From positions 100,380,001-100,444,000 of the forward strand of contig NC_045697.1 in assembly GCF_009834535.1 (NCBI RefSeq): a stretch of 64,000 nt of DNA. Direction: 5' to 3'. Origin of the DNA: Camelus ferus. Lineage: Eukaryota. The notes under the pieces were generated by a model that searched no databases, was not told where the DNA came from, and worked only from the letters and a program-made list of their open reading frames with translations. The translations under genes were made by a program, and so were the position numbers. The stretch's first letter is position 1. The number at the start of each line of letters is the position of its first letter. This document shows positions 1-11,425 of this stretch, piece by piece.

Positions 1-385
1 ACTCAACTGGCAGACTGCTTAAAATGAGAGCAAAGTGCCAAGGTACTTAAAGGCTCTTTGCTGGAGGACCTGACTCTGTGCTGCTAAGAGATGTTCCAGA
101 TGATGCTGCCCACGCTTTGCTGGAGCAGAAGGTGACTTTCCACTCACACGCGTTGGGAGACCCGGTGGCCGACTGGAGTCCACTGCTCACGCTGATATGT
201 CTCCATCCCTGACTTCTCCTTGGAGTGGTTCGTTACCCCTTTTCCTATTTTCCCTACTCTGACTAACTTTGCTGCATGCTAATCGTGTGCAATAAACTAG
301 TGATTCATGAATTGGATATTGGCTATGCTCTGTCGATCTCCAATCCCGTGATTCTTACCTGGCCTTACCCCTGGGCCCAGCAACT
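1..385 (+). mobile_element. 3' part of a probable ERV LTR, truncated by the window edge
   Basis: Relatively CpG-rich, with AATAAA at 291-296 followed by a U5-like tract and an abrupt switch to AT-rich flank near 385. Family not identified. Confidence 0.45.
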
Positions 386-810
386 AAGAGAATGAAAAAT
401 AGTTATAACATTTCAACGAATTATGAGAGGGATAAATCCTAATATCCTAAGAAACTAATAACTTCAAATTAAACACAATTAACAAACATTACCAGGTAGA
501 CAACTGTGCATCTCTAAATTCGGGGCATTGTGGGAGATACAAAATGGAAAAGGCAAGATGCTCGCTCTTTAAAAACATTATAACCCGATGAAGAGGTAGA
601 AATGTACATAAACAACATAAGGGTGTTTCCCTGGGGTCAGAAACTTTAGGCTCTTATTTGGAAAGGGTGGGAGGCCTGTGAAGGATCTTGACGGAACAGA
701 CTTGGATAATTTGAGCTGGGAAAAGGAGTGTGAATGAAGGAGCAAAGTTCCTCCCATTGGAGGGAATGAGGGTTAGGAGAGGTGACCTGGTTTTAATGCT
801 GTGCCAGGGA

Positions 811-1015
811 ACATGGAACATTCTTTAGGATAGACCACATACTACAACACAAAATAAGCCTCAACAAGTTTAAGAGGATAGAAAGTATTTGAAGCATCTT
901 TTCTGACCACAACAGCATAAAACTAGAAATCAACCACAGAAAGAGAAACGAGAAAAAAACAATTGCATGGAGACTAAACAACATGGGTCAACAATGAAAT
1001 CAAAGACGAAATTTA
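811..1015 (+). mobile_element. LINE-1 ORF2 endonuclease-domain fragment (decayed)
   Basis: The frame from 812 reads HGTFFRIDHILQHKISLNKFKRIESI*SIFSDHNSIKLEINHRKRNEKKTIAWRLNNM. It has the L1 endonuclease RIDH and SDH motifs and an in-frame stop. Confidence 0.93.
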
Positions 1016-1199
1016 AATTGTGCCCGGAAATAAAATTGTCACAATTATAAATGTAGGAGCCTGCACTGTCCTCCTTACTTGTCTCCACTCTTCCAATTTT
1101 GGATGCTTTCCTCCATCTCACTCTCAGCAGATAAGCTAAGGAGAAAAAGCAGTCCTAGATTTTAATATGACACATACAAACCTATCTATTTACCTTCTG

Positions 1200-1620
1200 C
1201 TCCTCCTTCTCTTATGGAAATAGAGGAGCTGTCTCTTCTAAGACTAATTCCTCTCCCTGCTTTAGATCCAATTTCCTTCCCTCCTCACCCCCAATCCTTA
1301 TAGGAACCCATTTTCTCTCTTTTCCTTTCAACTTCAGTCTCTCAGCTGGATTCTTCCCATTGATTTCAAACAGCCCAATTCCTCCCTATTTACACTTTCC
1401 AAATAAAAATGAAAGCTTCACCAGATTCTTGATCCCTGTCCAGCTCCACCCTATTTCTCACATCTCTGCTCTTCAGAATAAAATGATGGGAAATAGTTAT
1501 TTATTATTCTGTCCCAGTGTCCTCATACTCAGCTCTTTTGGCTTCCTCATGCATCCATTTCTCCACTGAGATAACTCTCCCTGAGGTCACCCATGACTAC
1601 ATTCTCGCTAAGCCCTGTTG
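1200..1620 (+). mobile_element. LINE-2 fragment
   Basis: Pyrimidine-rich L2-like text (e.g. ctccactgagataactctccctgaggtcacccatgac). It appears to continue at about 2200-2835 after the LTR insertions. Confidence 0.6.
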
Positions 1621-1637
1621 AGGTTTTACATTCCCAA

Positions 1638-2185
1638 CTGTACTAGTCAATGTAGTTACTGCAAACTTGCACAACAGATAAACTCCTAAAAATCAGTAGG
1701 ATAACATAATAAATGTTGTTCTTTCTTAATCACGTAGTCTGATGTTGGTCAAATGGCCCCTTCCATCTTCTAGCTATGCTGTATGAAATACGTAACTGTT
1801 CCAGTTATTTAATGCTGTAACAAACAACTCAAAACTTTAGTGGCTTAAAACAATGACGATATTCATTTTCTTAGGTCTGAATTTGTAAAGAAATATATGG
1901 ATGTAGTTTTATTTTCTATTGCCCTCAGCATCAGCTGGAGTAGCTCCAAGGCTGAGGGCTAGACTCACCCAAAGATGCACTCCCTCACTTGCCTGCAGGT
2001 TGGTGCTGGTTGCTGGCTGGGATCTCAATGGGGCTGTTGCTGGAACACCTACTCGCGGCCATCCCAGGTGGTTGCTTGGCTTCCCCGTGAGCATGACGTC
2101 TTGGGCAGGCATGCTGAGGAAGTGCAAGGTGAAAGCTGGATCCTCTTTTCTGAGCTACTGCTAGACGTCATGCAGCATCACTTCC
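1638..2185 (-). mobile_element. MaLR LTR fragments (MLT1 family; probably two, nested in L2)
   Basis: MLT1-type reverse-strand ends, e.g. tgttccagttatttaatgctgtaacaaacaactcaaaactttagtggcttaaaacaa at about 1797. Confidence 0.75.
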
Positions 2186-2199
2186 ACAGCATCCCCTTT

Positions 2200-2835
2200 A
2201 GAAGTGAGTCACTGAGACTGGCCACTACATCATTTGACTTGAGTCCTTAGCAGCACTGGTGCATCAACTCTGCTTCCATAGGAAAATTTCTCTTTCCTTC
2301 TTTTTTACGACTCCACATCTCCTAGCTTCACTTCTATATTTTTGCTCTCAGGACAACACCCCAAATCCATGATGTGGTCTGGCCCCACATACTTCTCCAC
2401 TCTTGCCTTGCACTGTGTCCTCCTTTGATTTTTCTGCTCCAGCCTCACAAGCTGTTTTTTGTCTCCTGTCTAGGCCACGTTCCTTTGCGCCCTGACGCCT
2501 CTGCCCAGGCTGTTTTCTTTCCCTGAAATGCTCTTTCCTAAGCTCTTATGTGTCTTCTTCAGGTGCCTTTTCTTGACCTTTAAAATTAGTTCACATATAC
2601 CTATTGAACCCTCTAATAGAAGCAAATATATCCTTTTCCAAAGCACTTACATCAGTTTTCAATCCTGAGAAACTTATTTATCAATAAATAAAATTATTTA
2701 TTTCTTATCTGTTGTCTATTTTCATCTCTACATATAAGCTCAGTAAAAGGTGCCTGTTTTGCATATCAAATTACTTCTACTGTCCACCTAGCATAGTGTC
2801 TGGCACATAATAAATATTTATTGAATAAATGAGTG
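2200..2835 (+). mobile_element. LINE-2 3' end
   Basis: Ends in the characteristic L2 terminus ctagcatagtgtctggcacataataaatatttattgaataaatga. Confidence 0.8.
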
Positions 2836-2899
2836 TACCACTCAGCCTAGGAATCTTGGGTAGCAAGAAATATCTTTTATCAATAGTTCTCAAGTTTGG

Positions 2900-2901
<2 letters not shown>

Positions 2902-2949
<48 letters not shown>

Positions 2950-2969
2950 CTGTGTGTGTGTGTGTGTGT
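2902..2969. repeat. (TG)n microsatellite
   Basis: Directly visible, with a few interruptions in the 3' half. Confidence 0.99.
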
Positions 2970-3095
2970 CTGGGATCCTGACATTTACTACGTAGTGTCA
3001 GATACGTTTACCATCCTGCAGGGAACAGAGCAGTCTAGCACAATAAAGAATCACTCCACACCACATACCAACAGTACCCTTCCCTGCTTTGAGGA
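2970..3095. mobile_element. MER20-like hAT DNA transposon fragment
   Basis: catcctgcagggaacagagcagtctagcacaataaagaatcactccacaccacataccaacagtacc resembles the MER20 3' half. Confidence 0.55.
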
Positions 3096-3549
3096 ATCCT
3101 AATTTGATAGTTTAACTGAAGCTTCTCAGCTGACCTTCACATTAGAAAGAGCATGTATTAAAGCCTGCAGAGGTGAAGGGAAGGGCTATAGCACTGAGTC
3201 TCTGCACCCCATCTCCTCATTCTGCAGAATGCCAGCTTCCTGGGTCTCTAGGAATTCCTGGTATGAGTAACGTTAGGAGTTGTGGCTGCTTGACTTTGCC
3301 GACTGTGGAGACCTGCAAACCTCTAGCAAATAAGCCCACCAGGCCTCTGAAACCTGATGGAGTTGCCTGTATATACTGGCAAGGACACAAGTTCATCAGC
3401 TACAAGAGCCAGTGTCTCACCTTTGAATGCAGCCAAGAGCGAGCAACAAACATGCATCAGATTTGCTCTTTTTTATTTGGTTCTTATGATGGAGGTGACT
3501 GAGTAGACAGGATAGAAAATTGACATGGTCAAAATGCTTATGGAGGAAA

Positions 3550-4032
3550 CCGAAAAGCATATTACTAAGTGAAAGAAGCTAGTCTGAGAAGGCTACACAC
3601 CATATGATTCCAACTATATGACATTCCAGAAAAGGCAAAACCATGGAGACAGTAAAAAGATCAATGGCTCAGTGGGGCTCAGGGGGAGAAATAAATAAAT
3701 AGGCAGAGTACAGATGATTTTAGAGCAGTGAAAATATTCTGTATGATCCATATGAAATTATAATGATGGATATATGTCATTATACATTTTTCCAAACCCA
3801 CTGAATGTACAACACCAAGCATGAACCCTTAGGTAACCTACAGACTTTGAGTGATTATAATGGGTCAGTGAAGGTTCATCCCTGGTAATAAATGTACCAT
3901 TCCGGTGAGTGATGTTGATGATGGAGGAGGCCATGCAAGTGTAGGAGCAGGGGGCATGTGGGAAATCTCTGTACCTTCCTCTCAGTTTTGTTGTAAACTT
4001 AAAACTTCTCTAAAAATAGGAAGTTAAAAAAA
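3550..4032 (+). mobile_element. Old LINE-1 3' end (L1MC-like)
   Basis: ctaagtgaaagaagctagtctgagaaggctacacaccatatgattccaactatatgacattccagaaaaggcaaaacc, an L1MC-type 3' UTR and an A-rich tail near 4026. Confidence 0.88.
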
Positions 4033-4143
4033 ATGCTTTTGGCATTATCAACCGTAGTGGGATGAAGTTAAGTGCTGACTGAGCTTTTTTCTTGCCCCCA
4101 GGAGTTAACTCTGAGGATCTGGGATTACAGTGGAGACAATGAC

Positions 4144-4608
4144 TGTATTAGTTATCTATTGCTGCATAACAAATTGCCCCAAAATTCATGGCTTAAAACT
4201 ATAAGCATTTAATACCTCTCAGTTTCTGTGAGTTAGGAATCCTTGAGCAGCTCACTTGGGTAGTTTTAACTGAGTATTTCTCATGAATTTGTAGCCAGAT
4301 GTCAGCTGAGGCTGCAGTCATCTGAAGGCCTGACTGGGGCTGAAGGATCTACATCAAAGATGTCTCCCTCTTATGGCTGGCAAGTTGGTGCTATTGGTGA
4401 CAGCCCTCAGTTCCCTTCCACAAGGGCCTCACACAGGGCTCTGTGAGTGTTCTCTGGATTTTCCCAAAGCTAGCGTTCCAAGAGATCAAGGGAGAAGTAG
4501 ACATTTTTGTATCCTATGGTCACACAAAATACCTTGATTCAGTTTGGGAGAAGCCTTCCCACAAAGGCATTAGGATCACGGGGGACATCTTGGAGGCTGT
4601 CCACCACA
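4144..4608 (-). mobile_element. MaLR LTR (MLT1F/H-like)
   Basis: Starts tgtattagttatctattgctgcataacaaattgccccaaaa, contains gctgcagtcatctgaaggcctgactggggctg and ends ccaccaca. Confidence 0.85.
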
Positions 4609-4738
4609 GTGACCTATCCAATTCTCCAGGGCTGAGTTGGAAATATCTGATTATTGGTAAAGGATTCCTAGTTACTCGAGGTTCTGCACAGAGTACAAAC
4701 TGGTCTGATGATTTTCGATATAAGAGAGAATATAGGAG

Positions 4739-5178
4739 TGTGACAGGCAGAATTATGGATCCCCAACCATAACTTGTGAGTATGTTAACTTGCACAGCAA
4801 AAGTGACTTTGCAAGTGCGACTAAGCTAAGAATGTTGCGATGGGAAGGGTATCCTGGATTATCTACGTGGACCCAATGTGATCACAAAGGTCCTTATACA
4901 AGAGAGGGAGGAGAGACAGAGGAGATGGAGTAACAGAAGCTTAGCTTCAAGTGGTGCAGAAGCATGAGCCAAAGAACACGGACAGCCTCTAGAAGCTGGA
5001 AAAGTCAAGGACTGGATTCAGCCCTAGAGAAATACAGCCCTGCTGACACCTTGATTTTAGCCCTATAAGATCCACTTCAGATCCTGACTTCCAGAACTGT
5101 AAGATAATACATTCCTTTTGCTTTAAGTCCTTTAGATTTGTAGTAAGTTTGTCATAGCAACAATAGGAAATTAATACA
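4739..5178 (+). mobile_element. MaLR LTR (MLT1D-like)
   Basis: TG...CA termini (tgtgacaggcagaat ... agcaacaataggaaattaataca) and internal cagccctgctgacaccttgattttagcc. Confidence 0.9.
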
Positions 5179-6689
5179 GGGAGTGAGAAGAAGGATACTT
5201 TTGGGAGGGGAAGTAGAGTGTTCTTTTCAACTGGTTTCTCTCCTAAACATTGCAAGGCTATCATCTGGGAACTCTGTGTGAGAGGAGAAATTTTCCCCCA
5301 TTGATGGGATGTTTGCTGAGCTTCTGGGCTTGTGGTCTTGCTCTGCTACTACCAGAGACTGGGAAAAAGTATCGGGGAGGGAGGGCATGGTGGCACAACG
5401 AAGCTGAAAGGAAAGCATACTGTCCTGAGTTCTTTTTTCCAAGAGGAAGAGACAGCAGTTTTGTTTGAGCACGAAAGCACTGAGGTGGGGACTCATAGAA
5501 GATGGATGTGACCAGAAGCTGCCTGCTCGCTGACATGAGGCAAAGAGGGGCAGGAGCCAGAAGCTGTCGCCAAGTCTCACCAGGGACTTCCAGTACCCAG
5601 GAAAGCTGCTTGAGATTAGGCTGGCTCCAAAAAAAATGGACTGACATCTCAGAACGGACAGAATGACATCTTTGTCACCAAACTGAGACTGCCTTTATGA
5701 ATCAAAATGACTGAAAAATTATGGAATCCCTCTGAGATGCACATAAGGTAGCCTGCTGAGTGTGGACTTCCACACAGCTGACTTGGAACAAGTTCCTGGC
5801 ACATTCAAGTCTTTTTGTGTATACACCTCAGTAGTTGAGATGCTGCAACCAAGCTGGTTGTAGAACCATTCTTTTCAACACCAAATGACAATACTGGAGT
5901 AATGGGAAGGATAACCATCCAATTAAAGATAGACCCTGGTGGCAGAGGCTAAATTTTGTGCATTAATCAAAATTCTTAAGTCTCACTTGTGCTGTGTCTC
6001 TCTTGACCAGAGGGCTTGACAGGGCTGGGTGTGCAGCCTCCTGGATTGTGGGAATGATTGCAAAGCACGGAATACCACAGTGAGCCGCTAATGATTGTTA
6101 TCATCCCGGTTAAACCAGGAAGGAAGTGGAGGAAAATGAGCACCCAAGTGCTGCTCGTCAAACAGAAATCGTGTGTTGTGATGTGGCAAAGACGTACAAA
6201 AGGCAGATGACAAGTTCGAGAGTAGGAGGAAGAGGGGTTGGACTTGAACATCCCCTTTGTGATGTTTGTTTTAAAATATTCAGATGTTTATATAGATGGA
6301 ATTGAGAGAGCTTTCTCAGAATTTACCAACCAACCCATTTCCCTATTCTTTTAAAACAACACAAAGGGTGAGATTTTAAATTTTTTGTATGGTTTCTCCT
6401 GTGAATCAGAGCCTTGAAAATTACATTGTGTTTGCCTTTTAACAATGAATTGCAAACAATAAATTAATCAGAGCTTTAATGTTTTCTGCAGCCTTTTTAA
6501 AAAATGGGGGTAATTTTTCTGATGACATTATTTAAATTTTGAGCAGGCTTCTGCATTTCAGCTTATGCATATTTATTCAAGCTTTAAAAATACATAAGAG
6601 ATGAAACAGCCTTTAACCACATTCTTTAGGGTCTGAACTTTTACAAAGTCCCAGGGCAAAGGCTGGGGGGGCGTCCTGACCCCATGAGA

Positions 6690-6890
6690 GGGTGTGGCAG
6701 AGGGGACATGACTTGGGCTTTTAGTCACACAGACCTGAGTTCAGGCTTAAATCTTTGATTCAGCCTCACCCTGGCGGTGTGAAGTTGGCAAATTGTGCTG
6801 TGTCTTTGAAGAAGCAGTTCCTCATTTACAAAGTGAGTGCAACCCTTCAGGCTTGTGAGGGAGTCAATGTTAAACATGAAATACTGATCT
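6690..6890 (+). mobile_element. MIR SINE
   Basis: cacagacctgagttca ... ctgtgtctttgaagaagcagttcctcatttacaaagtgag matches the MIR core. Confidence 0.65.
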
Positions 6891-7069
6891 TGTCTCTTCT
6901 CATTATGGACTTTAAAAGTTTGTATAAATATGTAGAGACATAAGAATGAAAATATCAAAACCTAAACGCTTGAAACTTCTGCAAAGTTTTATATATTATG
7001 TTATATATGAAAGGGTGTCCCTGTTTTTTTTTATTGTAGGTTCTTGCAAATTAATACACCATTATTTCT

Positions 7070-7426
7070 TTTTTTTTTAATAGAGGTATAATTGACATAT
7101 AATGTTATATTACTTTCAGGTGCAAAACATAATGATTTAATATTTGTATGTATTGCAAGATGATCATCACAACAAGTCTAGTTAACATCCAGTACCATAT
7201 ACAATTATAGAATTTTTTTTTCTTGTGATGAGAACTTTTAGGACCTATTCTCTTAGCAACTTTCAAATATCCAGTACAGTATTGTTAATTATAGTCACCA
7301 TGGTGTACATTACATCTCCAGGACTTTATTTATTTTATAGCCAGAAGTTTGTACTTTTTGACCCCTATCAGCCATTTTGCCCACTGCTCTCCACCCCCAG
7401 CCTCTGGCAACCAGCAATCTTTTCTC
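7070..7426 (-). mobile_element. LINE-1 3' end (L1MA-like), 5'-truncated, with target-site duplication
   Basis: Poly-T followed by L1 3' UTR antisense text. Flanked by taatacaccattatttct (7052-7069) and taatacattattatttct (7427-7444), 16/18 identical. Confidence 0.9.
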
Positions 7427-7639
7427 TAATACATTATTATTTCTAAACTGGAATAGTACGTCACATTTTATTACAAGTGTACTATTATTTTTTGTATGTC
7501 TCCAAAAAACCTTATATAGGGCTTAATATATGGGGTCTAAAACATGTAAGAGAGAATACATAAATGAGTATGAATATAGAAGAGTAACTTTAATCATAAT
7601 TATAATAAATTACAATTATAAAAATAATTAAGTCAACAC

Positions 7640-8390
7640 AATTTCTTTTGAAAATCTATTGTGTAATCAGGCATTGTCCTAAGTATAGTGGAGACAGTGG
7701 TAAATAAAATACACAAAATATTTGTTCTCATAAAACTTGCATTTCACAAACAGGAACTTGTAGGGTTATCAGGAAAACTGAAGCTAGGATTCACAAAATT
7801 CTGAAAGCTAATAAAATGAAATCAGTAAAATGGTGTTCTATTCTGAAGGAAGGACTTAGACCACTTCTTAGAGAAGGACGGTGTGAATTAAGGCAGAGTT
7901 GTGATAGAACTAATTAACGCCTCCATCACTGCATCTTCATTAGCACAGTCCTAGGCTATGCTGATAGATCATTTCAGAAGATGATACTGATTAAACACCA
8001 GGCAGTGTTAAGCACGGGTAGGAAAAATAAAGTACATTGGTTTCTTCTAGAGAATCATATATTCTGCTATGGAGGTAAGATAATTACTGAAGACAATACA
8101 TGATATGTGATATAGTCCATAAAAGAAGGACAAACAAAAACCACAGCAGCAACAAGAAACTAGATATGAACTTCAAAGGATGGAGAGAGCCAATCTGATT
8201 TAACTAGGAAAGACTCGCTAGAGGGGGGAAGCAAATGTGACAGACTCGAGGGCTGGGTAAGATTTATTCATGTAGACCTGGTGGTGAGAGCATTCAACAG
8301 CGGACTGAGCCCTCTGCATAGGAATCCAGGGTCCAGTTGGGGAATAGAAATAGTTTCACTGAGCTCTTCACTGAGTTGGAGAGCATACGT
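7640..8390 (-). mobile_element. LINE-2 fragments
   Basis: Antisense L2 3'-end motifs (caggcattgtcctaag, caggcagtgttaagcac, cttctagagaatcatattct). Highly diverged. Confidence 0.5.
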
Positions 8391-8429
8391 ATAACGTGTT
8401 CTGGTCTGCACGACTGTCTATTTTAATTG

Positions 8430-8790
8430 CCAAAATATTTGGGACCCCACATGTTAAAAAGAATACGGATGAAATAGAAACTATTCCAAGGGTGATGAGG
8501 GACCCTGAAATGTCATTAAGGAAGGGTTAAAAGAGTTGTGAACTTATCCTGAGAAAAGAATCCTAGAGGGCACAACAGAATCAAAACTTAAATGGGCAAA
8601 GGTTGTCTTGTGGAACTGTGCAGAGCGCGAGTCAAAGGTGGATGGAGTTTACAGCTGTCAAATCTTAATTGCCTTTGGAGATGTTCAAACAAATTAGGAT
8701 GATCTTTGGCTAGGAAAATTGTTCCTCACTGGATTGGCAGGTGGATTAGATAAAACCCAAGGCTCTTCCAATATCAATATTGTACAATCC
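8430..8790 (+). mobile_element. CR1/L3 LINE 3' fragment
   Basis: Purine-rich CR1-like text ending ggattagataaaacccaaggctcttccaa, which resembles the L3 terminus. Confidence 0.55.
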
Positions 8791-8825
8791 TATTTGCAAT
8801 TGTGATTCTATTAATTTTTAAAATA

Positions 8826-9126
8826 AAACAGACTAGCTAATAGAACAAAAAAGAAATAGACTCACAGATACAGAAACAAACTAGTGGTTACCAATGGGGA
8901 GAGGGAAAGGGGGAGGGGCAAAATGAGGGTAGGGGATTAAGCAGCACAAATAACTATTTACAAAATAAATCAGCTACAAAGATATATTGTACAGCATAGG
9001 GAATACGACCAACATTTTATAACTATAAATGGAGTATAATCTTTAAAAATTGTGAATCACTATATTGTACACCTGAAACTTGCACAAGACTGTAAATCAA
9101 CTATACATCAATAAAAAAAGAACAAA
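8826..9126 (+). mobile_element. LINE-1 3' end (laurasiatherian type)
   Basis: agactcacagatacagaaacaaactagtggttacc ... tgtacacctgaaact ... aactatacatcaataaaaaaa: L1 3' UTR plus poly-A. Confidence 0.92.
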
Positions 9127-9234
9127 AATATTCTACAATCCTAATTGCAATTGTGTTTCTATTACTTAAAAATATGTACTTGCAGAAAGACGAGTATAGT
9201 AGTTATTTTTAAGTGTGGGAAAAAACTTTTTGAG

Positions 9235-9759
9235 TGGAAATCTCCTGTATTCCCAGCATGCATTCACCCTCTGGTACCTACTGTTTCTGAATCCATGTGG
9301 TCTGGTGGTGGTGACCCCACTCCAGCTCTAGAGGTGATGCACGTGACCCAGGCTTCGGCAACCAGCCTATCCAATTGCCCTGGCCACCATGATTGCCTCA
9401 GGGATGGCACATAAGCCATTCAAGCCAAGACTATGCAACAGGATTTTCCGTAGGACTTCTGGGAAGTGTCGTGTCTTTTCCATGCTGGATGTAGTGTTGA
9501 GAAAATAATAGGGCCTGGAGCTTCCCCCATTATCTATCATGTGGAGCCTAAGACAGAAGCTACACATGGGAGGTAAGAAACGAGTGACAGAAACTGAGTC
9601 CCAGTGACATGGCTTGAATCCTCAGGGTCACCATGTTTGAAGCCAAACAGAGGTACCCCTGGACTTTTCAGGTTATGTAAATTAAGAGATTTCATTTTTG
9701 TAAGCTTGTTTGCGAAGGTTTGTCCATCACTGGCAACCCTAGGCTCCTAACTGATGCAG
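9235..9759 (+). mobile_element. MaLR LTR (MLT1K/L-like)
   Basis: cacgtgacccaggct ... ccctggccaccatgattg ... ccctggacttttcag ... cctaactgatgca. Confidence 0.75.
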
Positions 9760-9893
9760 AGCTAATTAAGGTGTAACAGTTTAAGAAGGAAAAATAAAAT
9801 CTGGCATATCTACTTGAGAACTAGCATGTAGCCACCTAAAGTTACACTTATAAAGACTATGGAACCACACGGAATAAGGCGGGACACAAAATA

Positions 9894-10542
9894 CAGCTGA
9901 TCCTCATCATTTGTGGATTCCATATTTGCGAATTTGGCAGCTTGTTAAAATTTATTTGTAATCCCAAAATAATACCTGAGGCTCTTTGCGGCCCTTCATG
10001 GCCACATGCAGAGCAGAGAACAATCTGAGTCGTCTGATGCCCACCTGCCCAGTTGAGGTTGAAGACCATGTTTCTCTGCTTTCTTATTTCAGCTCTCTTA
10101 CTATAAAGGAATGTTCTTGTTTAATGTCTATTTAGTGAAATGGTTTCTGAATTTTTGTGCTTTTTGTTGCTGATTTCATTATTTCAAATGGTCCCCAAGT
10201 GTGCTTCTGAAGTGTTGTTTAGTGTTTCTAAGTGCAAGAAAGTTGTGATTGTGCCTTACGGAGAAAATCAATGTATTAGATACACTTAGTTTAGGCATGA
10301 GTTGTAGGGCTGTTGGCTGTGAGTTCAATGCTCATGAATCAACAGTGTATAGTAAAGAAGGTATCTTTAAACAGAAACACACATTAAACACGGTTATGCA
10401 TCATCAGTTGATGGAAACGTTGTGACCGGAGGCTCACAGAAACCTAACATTATTCCCCCAGGAGAAATGGTTAATATTTGCTAACTTGGTGTTTGCTGCA
10501 ACTTTACAGAACATAATTACTATAAAAAACTAGATTCAACTA
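9894..10542. mobile_element. MER82 (Tigger-family non-autonomous DNA transposon), near full length
   Basis: TA-flanked ends cagctgatcctc ... gattcaacta. The interior gtgcaagaaagttgtgattgtgccttacggagaaaat ... gtgagttcaatg matches MER82 as I recall it. Confidence 0.88.
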
Positions 10543-10814
10543 TATTTAAAAGGTATACTCAAAAGGACGAGATTGGAAAAAATGAAGCAAAATAACAGTG
10601 GTTGTGCTAGAGTGATGGAAATACAACTTTTTTCATCTTCCTAATTTTTAAATGTTTAAAATAAATTATAGCACTATGGTGAAAAACATATTGTACTTTA
10701 AATAAATACCACATATATCAAGAAAACCAGCAAAATATCCCCCCTTCAGCATTCTACGAGTCAGATTAAAGAAATATATTAAAATTACTTTACAGTCTCA
10801 CTTTATTTTATAAA

Positions 10815-10858
10815 ACACACATGTGCGTGCACACACACACACACACGCATGCACATAC
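10815..10858. repeat. (CA)n-rich microsatellite
   Basis: Directly visible. Confidence 0.9.
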
Positions 10859-11269
10859 AGAAAAGATCTTTGTTTTGGTGTAATTTAGCTTGATTGTTCG
10901 AGTAAATCACCAGATGAGGCTCTTAATGATTTCCACCCCCATCAACTTTTTATCTAAGAAATGTGCCAAAGCTCTAAATACACAGTTTATAACAATCAGA
11001 GCAATGGCAAAGATGCTGGGGTTTATTTCCTCTAACCTCCCATTCAATATAAATATTCTATTTAAAACATCCCCCAAAGAAAAGCATCTAATTTTTAAAA
11101 TATTCTTTCTCTGTAAAGGAAGTTGACTAGCAGATAATATCTATTTGGTCAATTATAACTGTTATGAATATTTCTTGTATTTATCCATCTTCCTATCATA
11201 GTCCTTCCTTTCTAACTACAGAGGATAAATCAAATCCTCTTTATACACTGTAGCTCTTGAAATACTGTA

Positions 11270-11425
11270 AGAGAGCCATCATGTTATTCCTGGGGCTTTT
11301 CTTTTCCAGATTAAATATCCCCAGGAACTTTATCCAACCTTCATAAGAGCATTTGTCTAAATCCTTTGCTGTCCTGCTTACTCTCCTCTTCCTGAGCCCT
11401 GGCTGATCCATGCCCTTCTTAACCT
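11270..11425 (-). mobile_element. CR1/L3 fragment
   Basis: cttttccagattaaatatccccag ... ctgcttactctcctct ... atgcccttcttaa resembles antisense L3. Confidence 0.55.

Noticed and set aside
2896..3102. Val-Cys repeat ORF
   Set aside because: It is the translation of the (TG)n microsatellite.
5190..6250. Possible ancient LTR or exon-bearing GC-moderate block with overlapping ORFs
   Set aside because: I could not identify termini, a repeat family or protein similarity, so I left it unassigned.
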